Of a stretch of DNA of 64,000 nt, positions 1-15,715 are shown one piece after another; position 1 is the first letter of the stretch, and each line of letters opens with the position of its first letter. The stretch comes from an uncultured delta proteobacterium (GTDB taxonomy: Bacteria > Desulfobacterota > Deferrimicrobia > Deferrimicrobiales > Deferrimicrobiaceae), in NCBI GenBank assembly GCA_963770975.1, contig CAVYRM010000001.1, positions 127,792 to 191,791 on the forward strand, read 5' to 3'. The notes under the pieces are model-generated. The model searched no databases. It was not told where the DNA came from and saw only the letters and a list, made by a program, of their open reading frames with translations. The position numbers and the translations under genes were made by a program.

Positions 1-3000
1 TTTTCCGGGATCCGGATCTCGATAGCATCCCCGGAGCAGATCCGCAAGTGGTCCCACGGGGAGGTGAAGAAGCCGGAAACGCTGAACTACCGGACGTTCA
101 AGCCGGAACGGGACGGACTGTTCTGCGCGAAGATCTTCGGGCCCATCAAGGATTACGAGTGCAACTGCGGCAAATACAAGAGGATGAAGCACCGGGGGAT
201 CGTCTGCGAGAAGTGCGGCGTGGAGGTCATCCAGTCGAAGGTCCGCCGCGAACGAATGGGTCACATCGAGCTGGCGTCCCCTGTAGCGCACATCTGGTTC
301 CTCAAGAGCCTTCCCAGCCGGATCGCCACGATCCTCGACATGCCGATGAAGGACGTCGAGGCGGTCATCTACTTCGAGAAGTACATCGTCATCGACCCCT
401 GGGAGACGGACCTGCAACCCCAGGAAGTCCTGTCCGAGGCGAGGTACCGGGAGAAGCTCGAGGAGTACCGCGAGAAATTCAAGGGAGACAAGGAGAAGTC
501 GGACCTGCTCCGCGAACGGTTCCGGGTCGGGATGGGGGCGGAGGCGATCCGCTCGCTCCTGACCGGCCTCGACCTGGAGAAACTTTCCGAGGCGCTCCGG
601 AAGGAGATGGGAGAGACCGCTTCCGAGGCGAAGAAGAAGAAGATCTCGAAGCGGCTGAAGATCGCCGAGGCGTTTCGCGACAGCGGACAGCGGCCGGAAT
701 GGATGATCCAGGAGGTGATCCCCGTCCTGCCTCCGGACCTGCGTCCACTCGTCCCGCTGGACGGCGGCCGTTTCGCCACGTCGGACCTGAACGACCTGTA
801 TCGCCGGGTGATCAACCGGAACAACCGGCTGAAGCGGCTCCTTGACCTGTCCGCTCCGGAGATCATCATCCGGAACGAGAAGCGGATGCTCCAGGAAGCG
901 GTCGACGCCCTGTTCGACAACGGACGCCGCGGGAAACTCATCACCGGGTCGAACAAGCGCCCGCTGAAGTCCCTCTCCGACATGCTGAAAGGGAAGGGGG
1001 GGCGGTTCCGGCAGAACCTTTTGGGGAAACGCGTCGACTACTCCGGCCGCTCGGTGATCGTCGTGGGACCGGAGCTCAAGCTCCACCAATGCGGCCTTCC
1101 GAAGAAGATGGCGCTCGAGCTGTTCAAGCCGTTCATCTTCAACAAGCTCGAGGAAGGCGGCCACGCCACCACGATCAAGCAGGCGAAGAAGATGGTCGAG
1201 AAGGAGAAGCGGGAGGTCTGGGACGCTCTCGACGAGGTCATCCGCCAGCTGCCCGTGATGCTGAACCGCGCCCCCACGCTTCACCGGCTCGGGGTCCAGG
1301 CCTTCGAACCGGTCCTGATCGAGGGGAAGGCGATCCAGCTTCACCCGCTGGTCTGCTTCGCCTTCAACGCCGATTTCGACGGGGACCAGATGGCGGTCCA
1401 CGTTCCGCTCTCCATCGAGGCGCAGATGGAGGCCCGGGTCCTGATGATGTCGACCAACAACATCCTCTCCCCCGCCCACGGGAAGCCCGTCATCGGGCCT
1501 TCCCAGGATATCGTGCTCGGTATCTACTACCTCACCCGTCTCCGGGAGGGACGGAAAGGGGAGGGAAAGAGGTTCTACAGCCCCGAGGAGGTCCGGATCG
1601 CCTACGATGCCGGCGAGGTCGAGCTCCAGTCGGCGGTGAAGGTGCGCATCGACGGGAAGATAGTGGAAACGACCGTCGGGCGCGTGCTGCTCTACGAGGT
1701 GGTGCCGAAGGAGGTCCCCTTCGAGTACGTCAACAAGGTGATGAAGAAGAAGGACCTGGCGGAGCTCATCGACGTCACCTACCGCAACTGCGGCCAGAAG
1801 GCGACGGTCATCCTCGCGGACCAGCTGAAGAACCTCGGGTTCCAGTACGCCACGATGTCCGGGATCTCCATCTGCATCGACGACATGGTCATCCCGTCGA
1901 GCAAGAAGGCGATCCTCGATCGGGCGGCGGACGACCTGAAGAAGATCATCAACGAGCATGTGGAGGGCCTGATCACTCCCGGCGAGCGGTACAACAAGGT
2001 CGTCGACATCTGGTCGGCCGCAACGGAACGGGTCGCCAAGGAGATGATCAAGGAGATGGGAACCGAGACCGTCAAGGGGAAGGACGGCAAGGAGAAAAAG
2101 GTCCCGAGCTTCAACCCGATCTACATGATGGCCGATTCCGGGGCGCGCGGATCCGACAAGCAGATGATGCAGCTGGCCGGCATGCGCGGACTCATGGCGA
2201 AGCCTTCGGGCGAGATCATCGAGACCCCGATCCGGTCGAACTTCCGCGAGGGACTGTCCGTGGGCGAATACTTCATCTCGACCCACGGTGCGCGGAAAGG
2301 GTTGGCGGATACGGCGTTGAAGACGGCGAACTCCGGGTACCTGACCCGCCGGCTGGTCGACGTCGCGCAGGACTGCATCGTCGTCGAGGACGACTGCCGG
2401 ACGCTCGACGGCATCGGCGTGCGCGCGCTCATCGAAGGCGGGGAGATCATCGACCGCCTGTCGGACCGGATCCTCGGCCGCGTGGCCCTCGAGGACCTGT
2501 ACGACGTCGAGGGGAAGCTCCTCGTCGCCGCCAACAGAGAGATCACCGAAGACGTCGCCCGGCAGATCGAGATGTCGGGACTCGACGAGGTGAAGATCCG
2601 TTCCGCCCTCACCTGCGAGAGCAAGCGGGGAGTCTGCGCGCTCTGCTACGGCCGCGACCTGGCCCGCGGGAAGATGGTGGCCATCGGGGAGGCCGTCGGG
2701 ATCATCTCCGCGCAATCCATCGGGGAGCCGGGCACGCAGCTCACGATGCGCACGTTCCACATCGGGGGCATCGCGACCGCGGGTTCGGTGGCGCAGAGCT
2801 CCCACCAGTCCAAGCAGGCGGGACGCATCAAGTTCCAGGGAATCGTCGCCGTCCGGAACCGCGAAAAGAACCTCGTGGCGATGAACCGGAACGGGTACCT
2901 GGTCCTCCTCGACGAGAACCACCGGGAGCGGGAGAAATACCAGATCCCGTACGGCGCGGTCATCATGGTGGCGGACGGCGAGAAGGTGAAGGAAGGGACC

Positions 3001-4143
3001 CGGCTCGCCGAATGGGACCCGTACAACATCCCGATCCTGACGGAGGTCGACGGGGAGATCAAGTTCGGGGACATCATCGAAGGTCTGACCATGCGGGAAC
3101 AGGTCGACGAGGTGACGGGCCGCTCGACGCGCGTCATCACCGAGTCCAAGGACGCCGAGGTGCGGCCCCGGATCTCCCTCAAGGAGTTCGGCAGCAGGAC
3201 GACCCGGAAGCTGCCCGGATCGTCGAGCGAGGCGCGTTACCTCCTCCCCATCGGGTCCAACATCCTGGTGGACGAGGGACAGAAGGTCCAGGCGGGCGAC
3301 ATCATCGCGAAGATCCCGCGGGAAACGACGAAGACCAAGGACATCACCGGGGGTCTTCCCCGCGTGGCGGAACTCTTCGAGGCGCGCAAGCCGAAGGAGT
3401 ACGCCCTCATATCCGAGATCGACGGCATCGTGCAGATGGGGAAGGACTTCAAGGGGAAACGGAAGATCCAGGTGGTTCCGGAAGTCGGTGCGCCCCGGGA
3501 GTACACGATCCCGAGGGGGAAGCACATCACGGTCCACGACGGGGAACGGGTGCGCGCGGGCGAAGCGCTCATGGACGGATCCCCCAACCCCCACGACATC
3601 CTCCGGGTGCTCGGGGACAAGGAGCTTGCCCGCTTCCTGGTGAACGAGATCCAGGAGGTCTACCGGCTCCAGGGGGTGCGGATCAACGACAAGCACATCG
3701 AGACGATCGTCCGGCAGATGCTCCGCCGCGTGAAGATCGCCGATCCGGGCGACACCACGTTCCTCGTGGGACAGAGCGTCGAGAAATGGATCTTCCGGGA
3801 AGAGAACGAGCGGGTGGTCAAGCAGTCGAGCGGCAAGCCCGCGACCGCGGAACCGCAACTGCTCGGGATCACGAAGGCGTCGCTTTCGACGGAGTCGTGG
3901 ATCTCGGCGGCCTCCTTCCAGGAGACGACGAAGATCCTGACGGACGCATCGGTGCACGGGCGGGTGGACTACCTCGCCGGGCTGAAGGAAAACGTGATCA
4001 TGGGACGTCTCATCCCGGGAGGTACGGGAGCCGCCGCATACCGGGACCAGGAGTGCGAGTCCGACGCCCCGCTGGTGATCGAACCGCCGCCCGTCGTGGA
4101 GCCGGAGACGGAGTTTCCGGTGGACGAGGAGGAGGCCCGGTAA
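1..4143 (+). CDS. rpoC: DNA-directed RNA polymerase beta' subunit, 5'-truncated by the window edge
   Basis: The frame is open from base 1 ([33 protein letters not shown]...) and matches the RpoC N-terminal region. The zinc-finger Cys ([12 protein letters not shown]), NADFDGD catalytic motif and C-terminus are present. Stop at 4141-4143. Confidence 0.97.
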   Translation, partial: FSGIRISIASPEQIRKWSHGEVKKPETLNYRTFKPERDGLFCAKIFGPIKDYECNCGKYKRMKHRGIVCEKCGVEVIQSKVRRERMGHIELASPVAHIWFLKSLPSRIATILDMPMKDVEAVIYFEKYIVIDPWETDLQPQEVLSEARYREKLEEYREKFKGDKEKSDLLRERFRVGMGAEAIRSLLTGLDLEKLSEALRKEMGETASEAKKKKISKRLKIAEAFRDSGQRPEWMIQEVIPVLPPDLRPLVPLDGGRFATSDLNDLYRRVINRNNRLKRLLDLSAPEIIIRNEKRMLQEAVDALFDNGRRGKLITGSNKRPLKSLSDMLKGKGGRFRQNLLGKRVDYSGRSVIVVGPELKLHQCGLPKKMALELFKPFIFNKLEEGGHATTIKQAKKMVEKEKREVWDALDEVIRQLPVMLNRAPTLHRLGVQAFEPVLIEGKAIQLHPLVCFAFNADFDGDQMAVHVPLSIEAQMEARVLMMSTNNILSPAHGKPVIGPSQDIVLGIYYLTRLREGRKGEGKRFYSPEEVRIAYDAGEVELQSAVKVRIDGKIVETTVGRVLLYEVVPKEVPFEYVNKVMKKKDLAELIDVTYRNCGQKATVILADQLKNLGFQYATMSGISICIDDMVIPSSKKAILDRAADDLKKIINEHVEGLITPGERYNKVVDIWSAATERVAKEMIKEMGTETVKGKDGKEKKVPSFNPIYMMADSGARGSDKQMMQLAGMRGLMAKPSGEIIETPIRSNFREGLSVGEYFISTHGARKGLADTALKTANSGYLTRRLVDVAQDCIVVEDDCRTLDGIGVRALIEGGEIIDRLSDRILGRVALEDLYDVEGKLLVAANREITEDVARQIEMSGLDEVKIRSALTCESKRGVCALCYGRDLARGKMVAIGEAVGIISAQSIGEPGTQLTMRTFHIGGIATAGSVAQSSHQSKQAGRIKFQGIVAVRNREKNLVAMNRNGYLVLLDENHREREKYQIPYGAVIMVADGEKVKEGTRLAEWDPYNIPILTEVDGEIKFGDIIEGLTMREQVDEVTGRSTRVITESKDAEVRPRISLKEFGSRTTRKLPGSSSEARYLLPIGSNILVDEGQKVQAGDIIAKIPRETTKTKDITGGLPRVAELFEARKPKEYALISEIDGIVQMGKDFKGKRKIQVVPEVGAPREYTIPRGKHITVHDGERVRAGEALMDGSPNPHDILRVLGDKELARFLVNEIQEVYRLQGVRINDKHIETIVRQMLRRVKIADPGDTTFLVGQSVEKWIFREENERVVKQSSGKPATAEPQLLGITKASLSTESWISAASFQETTKILTDASVHGRVDYLAGLKENVIMGRLIPGGTGAAAYRDQECESDAPLVIEPPPVVEPETEFPVDEEEAR

Positions 4144-4192
4144 GGGACGGCGGCAACGATCCGTTTTGAAGGGTTTTTCGGAAAGAAAGTCG

Positions 4193-4222
4193 TTGACAGG
4201 GCCATGGCAGTGTTGTTATAAA
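4193..4222 (+). promoter_or_regulatory. sigma70-type promoter of the str operon (rpsL-rpsG-fusA-tuf)
   Basis: TTGACA at 4193-4198, an 18-nt spacer, then TATAAA at 4217-4222, about 50 nt upstream of the rpsL ATG. Confidence 0.5.
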
Positions 4223-4273
4223 TAGCAGTTCATTCTATCGGGGTTTGAGCTTGGAATAACGGAAGGAACGGGA

Positions 4274-4645
4274 ATGCCCACGATCAACCAGCTGGTCAGG
4301 AAAGGGCGGACGGTCGTCGCCAACAAGAGCAACTCGCCGGCGCTCGATTCCTGCCCACAGAAACGGGGGGTTTGCCTCCGTGTCTACACCACCACCCCGA
4401 AGAAGCCGAACTCCGCGCTTCGCAAGGTGGCGAGGGTAAGGCTTACGAACGGGATGGAGGTTACGGTCTACATCCCGGGAGAAGGGCATAACCTTCAGGA
4501 GCACTCCGTGGTCATGATCCGGGGAGGACGCGTGAAGGACCTCCCCGGCGTCCGTTACCACATCATCCGTGGGAAGCTGGATTCCGTTGGTGTCCAGGAC
4601 AGACGGAAGTCGCGGTCGAAGTACGGTACCAAGCGACCCAAATAG
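4274..4645 (+). CDS. rpsL: 30S ribosomal protein S12
   Basis: [12 protein letters not shown]... over its full length matches universally conserved S12. Confidence 0.98.
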   Translation: MPTINQLVRKGRTVVANKSNSPALDSCPQKRGVCLRVYTTTPKKPNSALRKVARVRLTNGMEVTVYIPGEGHNLQEHSVVMIRGGRVKDLPGVRYHIIRGKLDSVGVQDRRKSRSKYGTKRPK

Positions 4646-4804
4646 CTTCCCCACTTTCAGAACGGTAGTACCTGTCAACGCCCGGCGGATCTGCCGGGGA
4701 GGGTAAAAAAGAGAAGTACCGGTTCCGCCTCGTGATCCCTGGGGCGGAAATGATGTGTTTGTGCGTTTTTATTCCGAGGCAACCTGCCGAGGGGGTTCGA
4801 TCGC

Positions 4805-5275
4805 ATGCCCAGGAGAGGTTTCATATCCAAGCGGGTCGTATCGCCCGATCCGGTATACGGCGACGTGCTCGTCGCGAAGATGATCCACGCGGTCATGCTG
4901 CAGGGAAAAGCGCGGGTCGCCGAGAACGTCGTGTACGGGTCGATGGACGTCCTGAAGGAAAAGACCAAGGAAGACCCCGTGGCGGTCCTCAAGAAGGCCA
5001 TCGAGAACGTGAAACCGGTGGTCGAGGTCAAATCCCGCCGGGTCGGCGGCGCCACCTACCAGGTGCCGGTGGAGATCCGCCCGGAGCGACGCCTCTCCCT
5101 CTCCATCCGCTGGCTCGTCAGCTTCGCGCGGGAACGGGCGGAGAAGACGATGGTGCAGCGGCTTTCGGCCGAACTGCTGGATGCCTTCAACAGCCGGGGA
5201 AACACGTTCAAGAAAAAGGAAGACACCCACAAGATGGCCGAGGCCAACAAGGCGTTCGCGCACTATCGCTGGTAA
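4805..5275 (+). CDS. rpsG: 30S ribosomal protein S7
   Basis: [20 protein letters not shown]... matches S7. GGGG Shine-Dalgarno upstream. Confidence 0.97.
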   Translation: MPRRGFISKRVVSPDPVYGDVLVAKMIHAVMLQGKARVAENVVYGSMDVLKEKTKEDPVAVLKKAIENVKPVVEVKSRRVGGATYQVPVEIRPERRLSLSIRWLVSFARERAEKTMVQRLSAELLDAFNSRGNTFKKKEDTHKMAEANKAFAHYRW

Positions 5276-5308
5276 TCCGGCGACGCCGGGGAAGGAAAGG
5301 ATCGGTTC

Positions 5309-7390
<2,082 letters not shown>

Positions 7391-7431
7391 CAGGAACCTG
7401 CGCCGCACGCGGGGGAGAAGGAGACGCACAC

Positions 7432-8631
<1,200 letters not shown>

Positions 8632-8661
8632 GGCAAGGAAAGGCCAAAGGGGGACACCGAA

Positions 8662-8976
8662 GTGGCGATAGAGCACCAGAAGATTCGGATCCGGCTGAAA
8701 GCCTTCGATTCCAGGCTTCTGGACAAGGCGACCGGCGAAATCGTCGAGAAGGCCCGCCAGACGGGCGCGAAGGTCGCGGGGCCGATACCCCTGCCGACCC
8801 ACATCGAACGGTTCACCGTCAACCGGTCGCCCCACGGGGACAAGAAGAGCCGCGAACAGTTCGAGATCCGTACCCACAAGCGCCTGCTGGACATCCACGA
8901 GCCTCCCGGCGCCACGATCGACGCCCTGATGAAGCTCGATCTGCCGGCGGGCGTGGAAGTTGAGATCAAGCTCTGA
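8662..8976 (+). CDS. rpsJ: 30S ribosomal protein S10
   Basis: [16 protein letters not shown]... matches S10. Confidence 0.97.
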   Translation: MAIEHQKIRIRLKAFDSRLLDKATGEIVEKARQTGAKVAGPIPLPTHIERFTVNRSPHGDKKSREQFEIRTHKRLLDIHEPPGATIDALMKLDLPAGVEVEIKL

Positions 8977-9020
8977 CGATCACTGAAGAAAACGACCGAG
9001 AACGGAAGCAGGGGCGAACC

Positions 9021-9656
9021 ATGACGACCGGAATATTGGGAAAGAAGCTGGGCATGTCCCAGGTCTTCGACACGGAGGGGAAGGTGATCCCGGTCACCGT
9101 GATCGAGGCGGGACCGTGCACCGTGATCCAGCGGAAAACCGCGCAGAGCGACGGCTACGACGCCGTGCAGATCGGTTTCGGTCAGATGAAGGCCGGGAAG
9201 GCCGGAAAGCCCATGCTGGGACACTTCCGGAAAGCCGGCAAGGGCGCGTTCAGCGCGCTCCAGGAGATGCACGTCGAGGGCGCCGATCCGCTCGACATCG
9301 GTTCCGAGATCAAGGTGGACATCTTCAAGGAAGGCGACGTCGTCGACGTGATGGGCCATACGAAGGGAAGGGGATTCTCGGGCGTGATCAAGCGCTGGAA
9401 CTTCAAGGGCGGGCGCGCCACCCACGGTTCGATGTTCCACCGTGCCCCGGGGTCCATCGGGGCGTCGGCGTACCCGTCGCGGGTCATCAAGAACATGAAA
9501 ATGGCCGGCCACCTGGGGAACGAGAGGGTCACGATCCTCAACCTGCGCGTGGTCGGGGTGGAGCCGGAAAAGAACCTGCTGCTGGTCAGGGGTGCCGTTC
9601 CCGGCGCAAAAAACAGCCTGGTGTTCGTCCGCCGGGCCGTGAAGAAACACGCGTAG
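9021..9656 (+). CDS. rplC: 50S ribosomal protein L3
   Basis: [16 protein letters not shown]... matches L3. Confidence 0.97.
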   Translation: MTTGILGKKLGMSQVFDTEGKVIPVTVIEAGPCTVIQRKTAQSDGYDAVQIGFGQMKAGKAGKPMLGHFRKAGKGAFSALQEMHVEGADPLDIGSEIKVDIFKEGDVVDVMGHTKGRGFSGVIKRWNFKGGRATHGSMFHRAPGSIGASAYPSRVIKNMKMAGHLGNERVTILNLRVVGVEPEKNLLLVRGAVPGAKNSLVFVRRAVKKHA

Positions 9657-9672
9657 GACCGAGGAGCGCGAC

Positions 9673-10296
9673 ATGGCCACCGTGGAAATCGTGAACAAGG
9701 AACGGAAAGGGACGGGAAGCGTCGATCTGCCCGATTCCGTTTTCGGCGCGGAAGTGAAGATTCACCTGATGCACCACGTCGTGACGGCGAAGCTCGCCGC
9801 CGCAAGGGCCGGAACGCACGACACGAAGACCAGGAAGGACGTTTCCGGCGGCGGGAAGAAGCCGTTCCGCCAGAAGGGGACCGGCCGCGCCCGGATGGGC
9901 ACGTCCCGCTCCCCGCTCCTTCGCGGAGGCGGCACCATCTTCGGCCCCCACCCCCGGAAATACGAGGGAAAGGTCAACCGGAAGGAGATGAAGGCGGCGC
10001 TCCGCAGCGCGCTGAGCGCCAAGGCGCTCGAGGAAAAGATCATCCTCGTGGACGACCTTTCCCTTCCGGCACCGAAGACGAAGGAATTCCTCAAGGTCGC
10101 CGCCGCGCTGGGGCTCATCGACGCGCTGATCGTCGTCGATGGGGCGCCGGAGAACCTGGCCCTCGGGATGCGGAACCTCAAGGCCTTCAAGACGCTTCCG
10201 GCGAAGGCGTTGAACGTCTACGACATCCTCTCCTACGACCAGCTCGTGCTGACCCGCACGGCACTGGAGAAAATCACAGAGGTGCTGGGCCGATGA
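9673..10296 (+). CDS. rplD: 50S ribosomal protein L4
   Basis: L4 family. Position between L3 and L23. Confidence 0.95.
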   Translation: MATVEIVNKERKGTGSVDLPDSVFGAEVKIHLMHHVVTAKLAAARAGTHDTKTRKDVSGGGKKPFRQKGTGRARMGTSRSPLLRGGGTIFGPHPRKYEGKVNRKEMKAALRSALSAKALEEKIILVDDLSLPAPKTKEFLKVAAALGLIDALIVVDGAPENLALGMRNLKAFKTLPAKALNVYDILSYDQLVLTRTALEKITEVLGR

Positions 10297-10580
10297 ACCT
10301 CTCCGATGTCATCAAGCGGCCGTTGATCACCGAGAAGGCGACCACTCTGAAAGCGGTCTCCAACTCGGTGCTGTTCGCCGTGGACACCCGGGCCAACAAG
10401 AAAGAAGTCCGTGAAGCCGTGGAGAAGATGTTCAAGGTGAAGGTCGAGGATGTCCGGACGATGACCGTCGCCGGCAAGGTGAAGCGGCGCGGGAGGACGA
10501 TCGGACTTCGACCCGGATGGAAGAAGGCCGTGGTCACGTTGAAGGCGGGCGAGAAGATCGAGTTTTTCGAAGGCGTCTGA
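10293..10580 (+). CDS. rplW: 50S ribosomal protein L23
   Basis: L23 family. Its ATG overlaps the rplD stop. Confidence 0.95.
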   Translation: MNLSDVIKRPLITEKATTLKAVSNSVLFAVDTRANKKEVREAVEKMFKVKVEDVRTMTVAGKVKRRGRTIGLRPGWKKAVVTLKAGEKIEFFEGV

Positions 10581-10620
10581 CGGGCGCGGGGAAGGCGCCT
10601 TTCCTTAAGGAGACACAGCG

Positions 10621-11445
10621 ATGGGCATCCGCAAGTACAAGCCGACGTCCCCCGGCCTCCGGGGCATGACGGTCCTCACCAACGAGGACCTGACGGCGAA
10701 GAAGCCGGAGCGCCGGCTCACCGAGAGCCTTTCGTCGAGCGGCGGGAGGAACAACCTCGGCGAGATCACCGTGTGGCACCGCGGGGGCGGGCACAAGCGG
10801 AAGTACCGCATCATCGACTTCAAGCGGAACAAGATGGACGTCCCGGCGACCGTCGCGGCGATCGAGTACGACCCGAACCGTTCCGCGAGGATCGCCCTCC
10901 TGAACTACGCCGACGGGGAGAAGCGGTATATCCTCTGCCCGGTCGGGCTTTCCGTCGGAGACACGGTTCTCGCGGGCGCCGGCGCCGACATCAAGCCCGG
11001 GAACGCTCTCCCGATCCGCCAGATCCCGGTGGGGACGCTCGTGCACAATATCGAGCTGAAGGTCGGGAAAGGGGGCCAGATCGCCAGGTCCGCGGGTTCG
11101 GTCGCCCAGATCCTCGCGAAGGAGGGATCGTACGCCCATCTTCGCCTCGCCTCCGGGGAAGTGCGGCTGGTCTTCATCGAATGCATGGCGACGATCGGGC
11201 AGGTGGGAAATCTCGATCACGAGAAGGTTTCGATCGGGAAGGCGGGCCGCAACCGGTGGAAAGGGATCCGGCCCACGGTCCGGGGCGTCGTCATGAACCC
11301 GGTCGATCATCCCCACGGCGGAGGCGAGGGACGCTCCTCCGGAGGCCGTCACCCCTGCACTCCGTGGGGGAAACCGACCAAGGGCTACAAGACGCGCAAG
11401 AACCCGGCGACCGACAAGTACATCGTCAAGCGGCGCGGAAAATAA
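10621..11445 (+). CDS. rplB: 50S ribosomal protein L2
   Basis: [15 protein letters not shown]... and the conserved HPHGGGEG motif. Confidence 0.98.
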   Translation: MGIRKYKPTSPGLRGMTVLTNEDLTAKKPERRLTESLSSSGGRNNLGEITVWHRGGGHKRKYRIIDFKRNKMDVPATVAAIEYDPNRSARIALLNYADGEKRYILCPVGLSVGDTVLAGAGADIKPGNALPIRQIPVGTLVHNIELKVGKGGQIARSAGSVAQILAKEGSYAHLRLASGEVRLVFIECMATIGQVGNLDHEKVSIGKAGRNRWKGIRPTVRGVVMNPVDHPHGGGEGRSSGGRHPCTPWGKPTKGYKTRKNPATDKYIVKRRGK

Positions 11446-11463
11446 AGGAAAAGGGGTTTCGAA

Positions 11464-11745
11464 GTGGCGCGATCCATCAAGAAGGGGCCGTACGTGGAAG
11501 AGGGCCTTGCCAGGAAACTGAACAAGGCCGTGGAAACCGGCGACAAGAAGATCATCAAGACATGGTCCCGCCGCTCGACCATCACCCCCGAAATGGTCGG
11601 GTTCACGTTCGCCGTGCACAACGGGCGGAAGTTCATGCCGGTCTTCGTTACGGAAAACATGGTGGGGCACAAGTTCGGCGAATTTTCCCCCACGCGGACG
11701 TTCCACGGCCATTCGGGAGACCGCAAGGCCAAGGTCAAGAAGTAA
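11464..11745 (+). CDS. rpsS: 30S ribosomal protein S19
   Basis: [13 protein letters not shown]... matches S19. Confidence 0.97.
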   Translation: MARSIKKGPYVEEGLARKLNKAVETGDKKIIKTWSRRSTITPEMVGFTFAVHNGRKFMPVFVTENMVGHKFGEFSPTRTFHGHSGDRKAKVKK

Positions 11746-11767
11746 CAGCGGGGAAGGAGATCGGCAG

Positions 11768-12100
11768 ATGGAAGCAAGCGCGACGGCGAAGTTCATGCGC
11801 GTCTCCCCGAGGAAGGCGCGCCTCGTGGTGGACCTGATCCGGGGGAAGAAGATCTCCGATGCAAGGACGATCCTCTCCCTTGCGAAAAGGGCCTCCGCGG
11901 CGACCGTAAGGAAGGTTCTGGATTCGGCGATCGCCAACGCGGGGCAGACCGGCGTGATCGACCTGAGCACGCTGTACGTCAAGAGCGCCTGCGTGAACGT
12001 GGGGGCCTCCCAGAAACGGTTCCGTCCGTCGCCGATGGGCAGGGCCCACAAGTACAAGCGGCGGACGAGCCATATCACCATCGTGGTGGATGAGGCGTAA
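11768..12100 (+). CDS. rplV: 50S ribosomal protein L22
   Basis: L22 family. Synteny. Confidence 0.95.
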   Translation: MEASATAKFMRVSPRKARLVVDLIRGKKISDARTILSLAKRASAATVRKVLDSAIANAGQTGVIDLSTLYVKSACVNVGASQKRFRPSPMGRAHKYKRRTSHITIVVDEA

Positions 12101-12155
12101 CGGGAACGCAACGCGACTTTGCAGCGAAGGGCAACACGCAAACAGGGAGGATGAT

Positions 12156-12812
12156 TTGGGACAGAAGACACACCCATACGGCTTTCGGCTGGGGATCATC
12201 AAGAGCTGGCGTTCCCGCTGGTACTCCGAAAAGGAGTACGCGCCGCAGCTCCAGGAGGACCTGCGCATCCGCGGCTTCGTCAAGGGCCGCCTGAGCCACG
12301 CGGGGGTCTCCTCCATCGAGATCGAGCGCCGCAGCAACCGCATCAACGTCCTCATCTCCACGGCGAGACCGGGGATCGTGATCGGCAAGAAGGGCGCCGA
12401 GATCGAGAACCTGAAGAAGGAGATCCAGAAGCTGACGCCGAAGGAAGTGTCGATCAATATCCTGGAGATCCGGCGGCCGGAAACGGACGGCCAGCTGACC
12501 GCCGAGAACGTGGCGATGCAGCTCGAGCGCCGCGTGGCGTTCCGCCGCGCCATGAAGAAGACCGTCCTCTCTTCGATGAAGCTGGGCGCCAAGGGGATCA
12601 AGATCCAGGTATCCGGCCGCCTGGGCGGCGCGGAGATGTCGAGGACGGAGTGGTACCGGGAGGGGCGTGTTCCCCTCCACACGCTGCGGGCCGATATCGA
12701 CTACGGTTTCGCCGAGGCGCGGACAACCTACGGGATTATCGGTGTGAAGGTGTGGATCTACAAGGGCGAAGTATTGCCGAAGGCTCCATCTTCCCCCGCC
12801 ACCAACGAATAG
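12156..12812 (+). CDS. rpsC: 30S ribosomal protein S3
   Basis: The conserved S3 N-terminus [13 protein letters not shown] begins at a TTG at 12156, with AGGGAGG at 12145-12151. The ORF track's start at 12090 overlaps rplV and is probably too early. Confidence 0.93.
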   Translation: MGQKTHPYGFRLGIIKSWRSRWYSEKEYAPQLQEDLRIRGFVKGRLSHAGVSSIEIERRSNRINVLISTARPGIVIGKKGAEIENLKKEIQKLTPKEVSINILEIRRPETDGQLTAENVAMQLERRVAFRRAMKKTVLSSMKLGAKGIKIQVSGRLGGAEMSRTEWYREGRVPLHTLRADIDYGFAEARTTYGIIGVKVWIYKGEVLPKAPSSPATNE

Positions 12813-12825
12813 GAGAACGGGAACG

Positions 12826-13236
12826 ATGCTCGCCCCCAAAAGGGTCAAGTTCCGCAAGATGATGAAGGGACGCCGCCGCGGGAAGGCGCAGTCCGGGAAT
12901 ACGCTGAACTTCGGGGATTACGGCGTGAAGGCCTCCGACGCAGGGTGGGTCACCTCCCGCCAGATCGAGGCCGCGCGTGTCGCGATGACGCGTTTCATCA
13001 AGCGCGGCGGGAAGATCTGGATCCGGATCTTCCCCGACAAGCCGATCACGAAGAAGCCCGCGGAAACCCGCATGGGAAAGGGAAAGGGCGCGCCCGAGGA
13101 GTGGGTCTGCGTCGTCCGGCCGGGGCGCGTTCTCTACGAGATCGAGGGCGTCGACGAGACGACCGCGCGGGAAGCGTTCCGCCTGGCCGGGCACAAGCTC
13201 GCGATCCAGACGATATTCCTTTCCAGAGGAGCGTAG
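12826..13236 (+). CDS. rplP: 50S ribosomal protein L16
   Basis: [16 protein letters not shown]... matches L16. Confidence 0.97.
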   Translation: MLAPKRVKFRKMMKGRRRGKAQSGNTLNFGDYGVKASDAGWVTSRQIEAARVAMTRFIKRGGKIWIRIFPDKPITKKPAETRMGKGKGAPEEWVCVVRPGRVLYEIEGVDETTAREAFRLAGHKLAIQTIFLSRGA

Positions 13237-13242
13237 GCGTCC

Positions 13243-13443
13243 ATGAAGAAAAGGGATGTGCGGGATCTTGGGGCGGAGGAGCTTCGACAGAAGGAGCGGG
13301 AGCTGCGGGACGAGATCTTCCGGCTGAAGATGAAGCGTGCGGCGTCCGCCCTCGAGAACAAGATGCAGATCCGCAACAGGCGCAGGGACCTGGCCCGCGT
13401 GGTCACGTTCCTCCAGGCGAAGACGGAAGGAAAGGCGAACTGA
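13243..13443 (+). CDS. rpmC: 50S ribosomal protein L29
   Basis: 66 aa, helical, L29 family. Confidence 0.93.
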   Translation: MKKRDVRDLGAEELRQKERELRDEIFRLKMKRAASALENKMQIRNRRRDLARVVTFLQAKTEGKAN

Positions 13444-13444
13444 C

Positions 13445-13726
13445 ATGACGGCCGAAGGAACGATGGAAGCGCGCGGGGCCCGGAAGAAAAAGGTGGGCAC
13501 GATCGTTAGCGACCGGATGGACAAGACCGTTGTCGTCCGCGTGGAACGGCTGGTCCCCCACGACGTATACAAGAAATACGTGAAGCGCCGCGTCACGTAC
13601 AAGGCGCATGACGAAAAAAACGAATTTCGGGTCGGCGACCGGGTGGAGATCGTCGAAACACGCCCCCTGAGCAAGGACAAGAGGTGGCGAGTCGCCCGGT
13701 TGATCGAACGCCCCGCCGTGCGGTGA
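13445..13726 (+). CDS. rpsQ: 30S ribosomal protein S17
   Basis: ATG at 13445 gives [35 protein letters not shown], matching S17. The ORF track's start at 13337 overlaps rpmC in another frame and is probably too early. Confidence 0.93.
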   Translation: MTAEGTMEARGARKKKVGTIVSDRMDKTVVVRVERLVPHDVYKKYVKRRVTYKAHDEKNEFRVGDRVEIVETRPLSKDKRWRVARLIERPAVR

Positions 13727-13754
13727 GCGGGAATACCCCTGCGGAGGCGATGAA

Positions 13755-14123
13755 ATGATCCAGATGCAAACCATGCTCGACGCGGCCGACAATTCGGGAG
13801 CGAAGCGCCTTTGCTGCATCAAGGTGCTCGGAGGCAGCCGGCGCCGTTACGCGGGCGTCGGCGACATCATCGTCGTCAGCGTCAAGGAGGCGATCCCCCA
13901 CGGCAAGGTCAAGAAGGGGGACGTCCACAAGGCGGTGGTCGTCCGCACGGTGAAGGAGATCGGACGGCCGGACGGCAGCTACCTGCGCTTCGACCAGAAT
14001 TCCGCCGTCCTCGTCAATCCGCAGGGCGAGCCGATCGGTACGCGTATCTTCGGACCCGTCGCCCGCGAGCTGCGCGCCAGGAAGTTCATGAAGATCATCT
14101 CCCTGGCGCCGGAAGTCCTGTGA
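13755..14123 (+). CDS. rplN: 50S ribosomal protein L14
   Basis: [19 protein letters not shown]... matches L14. Confidence 0.98.
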   Translation: MIQMQTMLDAADNSGAKRLCCIKVLGGSRRRYAGVGDIIVVSVKEAIPHGKVKKGDVHKAVVVRTVKEIGRPDGSYLRFDQNSAVLVNPQGEPIGTRIFGPVARELRARKFMKIISLAPEVL

Positions 14124-14137
14124 GCCGGAGGGCCGAA

Positions 14138-14479
14138 ATGGAATCCGCCAACAAGCTGCAGATCCGGAAGAACGACATCGTCAAAGTCATCTCCGGACGG
14201 GAGAAGGGGAAGGTCGGCAGGGTCCTCAAGGTCGACCGCGAGAAGGCCAGGGTCCTCGTCGAGAAGCTCAACATGGTGAAGCGGCACATCAAGCCCGGGA
14301 AGACCCACCCGCAGGGCGGGATCGTCGAGAAGGAAGCGCCCGTTGCCTACTCGAACGTCCTCGTCATGTGCGACAAGTGCAACAAGCCTACCCGGATCGC
14401 GATGGCGGTCGACGGCGCGGGGAAAAGAAGCCGCGTCTGCAAGCGATGCGGGGACGTCCTCGAAGCGAAAAAACGGTGA
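14138..14479 (+). CDS. rplX: 50S ribosomal protein L24
   Basis: ATG at 14138 gives MESANKLQIRKNDIVKVISGREKGKVG..., the L24 KOW motif. It is the tail of track ORF 13811..14479. Confidence 0.95.
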   Translation: MESANKLQIRKNDIVKVISGREKGKVGRVLKVDREKARVLVEKLNMVKRHIKPGKTHPQGGIVEKEAPVAYSNVLVMCDKCNKPTRIAMAVDGAGKRSRVCKRCGDVLEAKKR

Positions 14480-14520
14480 ACGGATACCTCCGCCGACACG
14501 GCGGATGGGGGTGAACGGAA

Positions 14521-15060
14521 ATGGCCAGACTGCAGGACCAGTACAACAAGGATGTCGTTCCCAAGCTGAAGGAGAAATTCAGGTACCGGAACGTGATGCA
14601 GGTTCCCCGTCTTTCCAAGGTCGTCGTGAACATGGGGCTCGGGGACGCCATCGAGAACGTCAAGGTGATCGAGACGGCCGCCGCGGAGATCGGGATCATC
14701 ACCGGTCAGAAGCCGGTGGTCACGAAGGCGCGCAAGAGCATCGCCAATTTCAAGCTGCGGGAAGGCGTCCCCATCGGGGTCATGGTCACCCTTCGGCGGG
14801 ACAGGATGTATCACTTCCTCGACAAGCTGATGTCGATCGCGCTGCCCCGGGTTCGCGACTTCAAGGGGGTTTCGCCCAAGGGATTCGACGGGCGGGGGAA
14901 TTATACGCTCGGGGTCAAGGAACAGATCCTCTTCCCCGAGGTCAACTACGACAAGATCGAAAAGATCCGCGGCATGAACATCACCATCGTGACCACGGCC
15001 CGAACCGACGAGGAAGGCTTGGAACTCCTGCGCCTCATGGGCATGCCTTTCCGGGCGTAA
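14521..15060 (+). CDS. rplE: 50S ribosomal protein L5
   Basis: [20 protein letters not shown]... matches L5. Confidence 0.97.
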   Translation: MARLQDQYNKDVVPKLKEKFRYRNVMQVPRLSKVVVNMGLGDAIENVKVIETAAAEIGIITGQKPVVTKARKSIANFKLREGVPIGVMVTLRRDRMYHFLDKLMSIALPRVRDFKGVSPKGFDGRGNYTLGVKEQILFPEVNYDKIEKIRGMNITIVTTARTDEEGLELLRLMGMPFRA

Positions 15061-15081
15061 AGGAAGAGAGGAGAGCAGAAG

Positions 15082-15267
15082 TTGGCAAAGAAATCGATCA
15101 TCGCCAAGTCGAAGCGGACACCGAAGTTCGCGGTCCGGAAATACAACCGGTGCCCGCGCTGCGGCAGGCCGCGCGCTTTCTATCGGAAGTTCCAGCTCTG
15201 CCGGATCTGCCTGCGTCAACTCGCCCTTCGAGGCGAGCTGCCGGGCGTGGTCAAGGCGAGCTGGTAG
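15082..15267 (+). CDS. rpsZ: 30S ribosomal protein S14, type Z (zinc-binding)
   Basis: 61 aa with CPRCGR...CRIC, a Cx2C..Cx2C motif. Confidence 0.95.
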   Translation: MAKKSIIAKSKRTPKFAVRKYNRCPRCGRPRAFYRKFQLCRICLRQLALRGELPGVVKASW

Positions 15268-15277
15268 GGAGGGGAAA

Positions 15278-15676
15278 ATGGCGACCAACGACCATGTTTC
15301 GGATCTTCTGACGCGCCTGCGGAATGCGCAACAGGCCCGTTTCGAGCAGATGGAGATCCCTTCGACGAACATCCTCCAGGGAATCACGCAGATCCTGAAG
15401 GAGGAAGGGTTCATCAAGGGCTACCGGATCGTCAGCGAAAAGACCGCAAGCCGGCTCCGCATCTCCCTGAAGCTTTCCCCGGAAACGGGGTACGCCATCA
15501 AGGGGATCCGCAGGGTGAGCCGGCCGGGCCGACGGGTCTACGTCGGAAAAGACGATATCCCCACCGTGAAGAACGGGTTCGGGATCGCCATCGTGTCCAC
15601 GTCGAAGGGCGTGATGACCGGGGAAAAGGCCAAGAAGCTGTCGATCGGCGGCGAACTGCTCTGCGAGGTCTGGTAG
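15278..15676 (+). CDS. rpsH: 30S ribosomal protein S8
   Basis: S8 family. Synteny. Confidence 0.96.
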   Translation: MATNDHVSDLLTRLRNAQQARFEQMEIPSTNILQGITQILKEEGFIKGYRIVSEKTASRLRISLKLSPETGYAIKGIRRVSRPGRRVYVGKDDIPTVKNGFGIAIVSTSKGVMTGEKAKKLSIGGELLCEVW

Positions 15677-15715
15677 AGACGGCTTCCGGGGTTCTCCCGA
15701 AAGAGGAGTGAAACG

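Noticed and set aside
4144-4192. Possible rpoC terminator (CCGTTTTGAAGGGTTTTTCGG).
   Set aside because: No stable GC hairpin precedes the T-runs, so this is not convincing as an intrinsic terminator.
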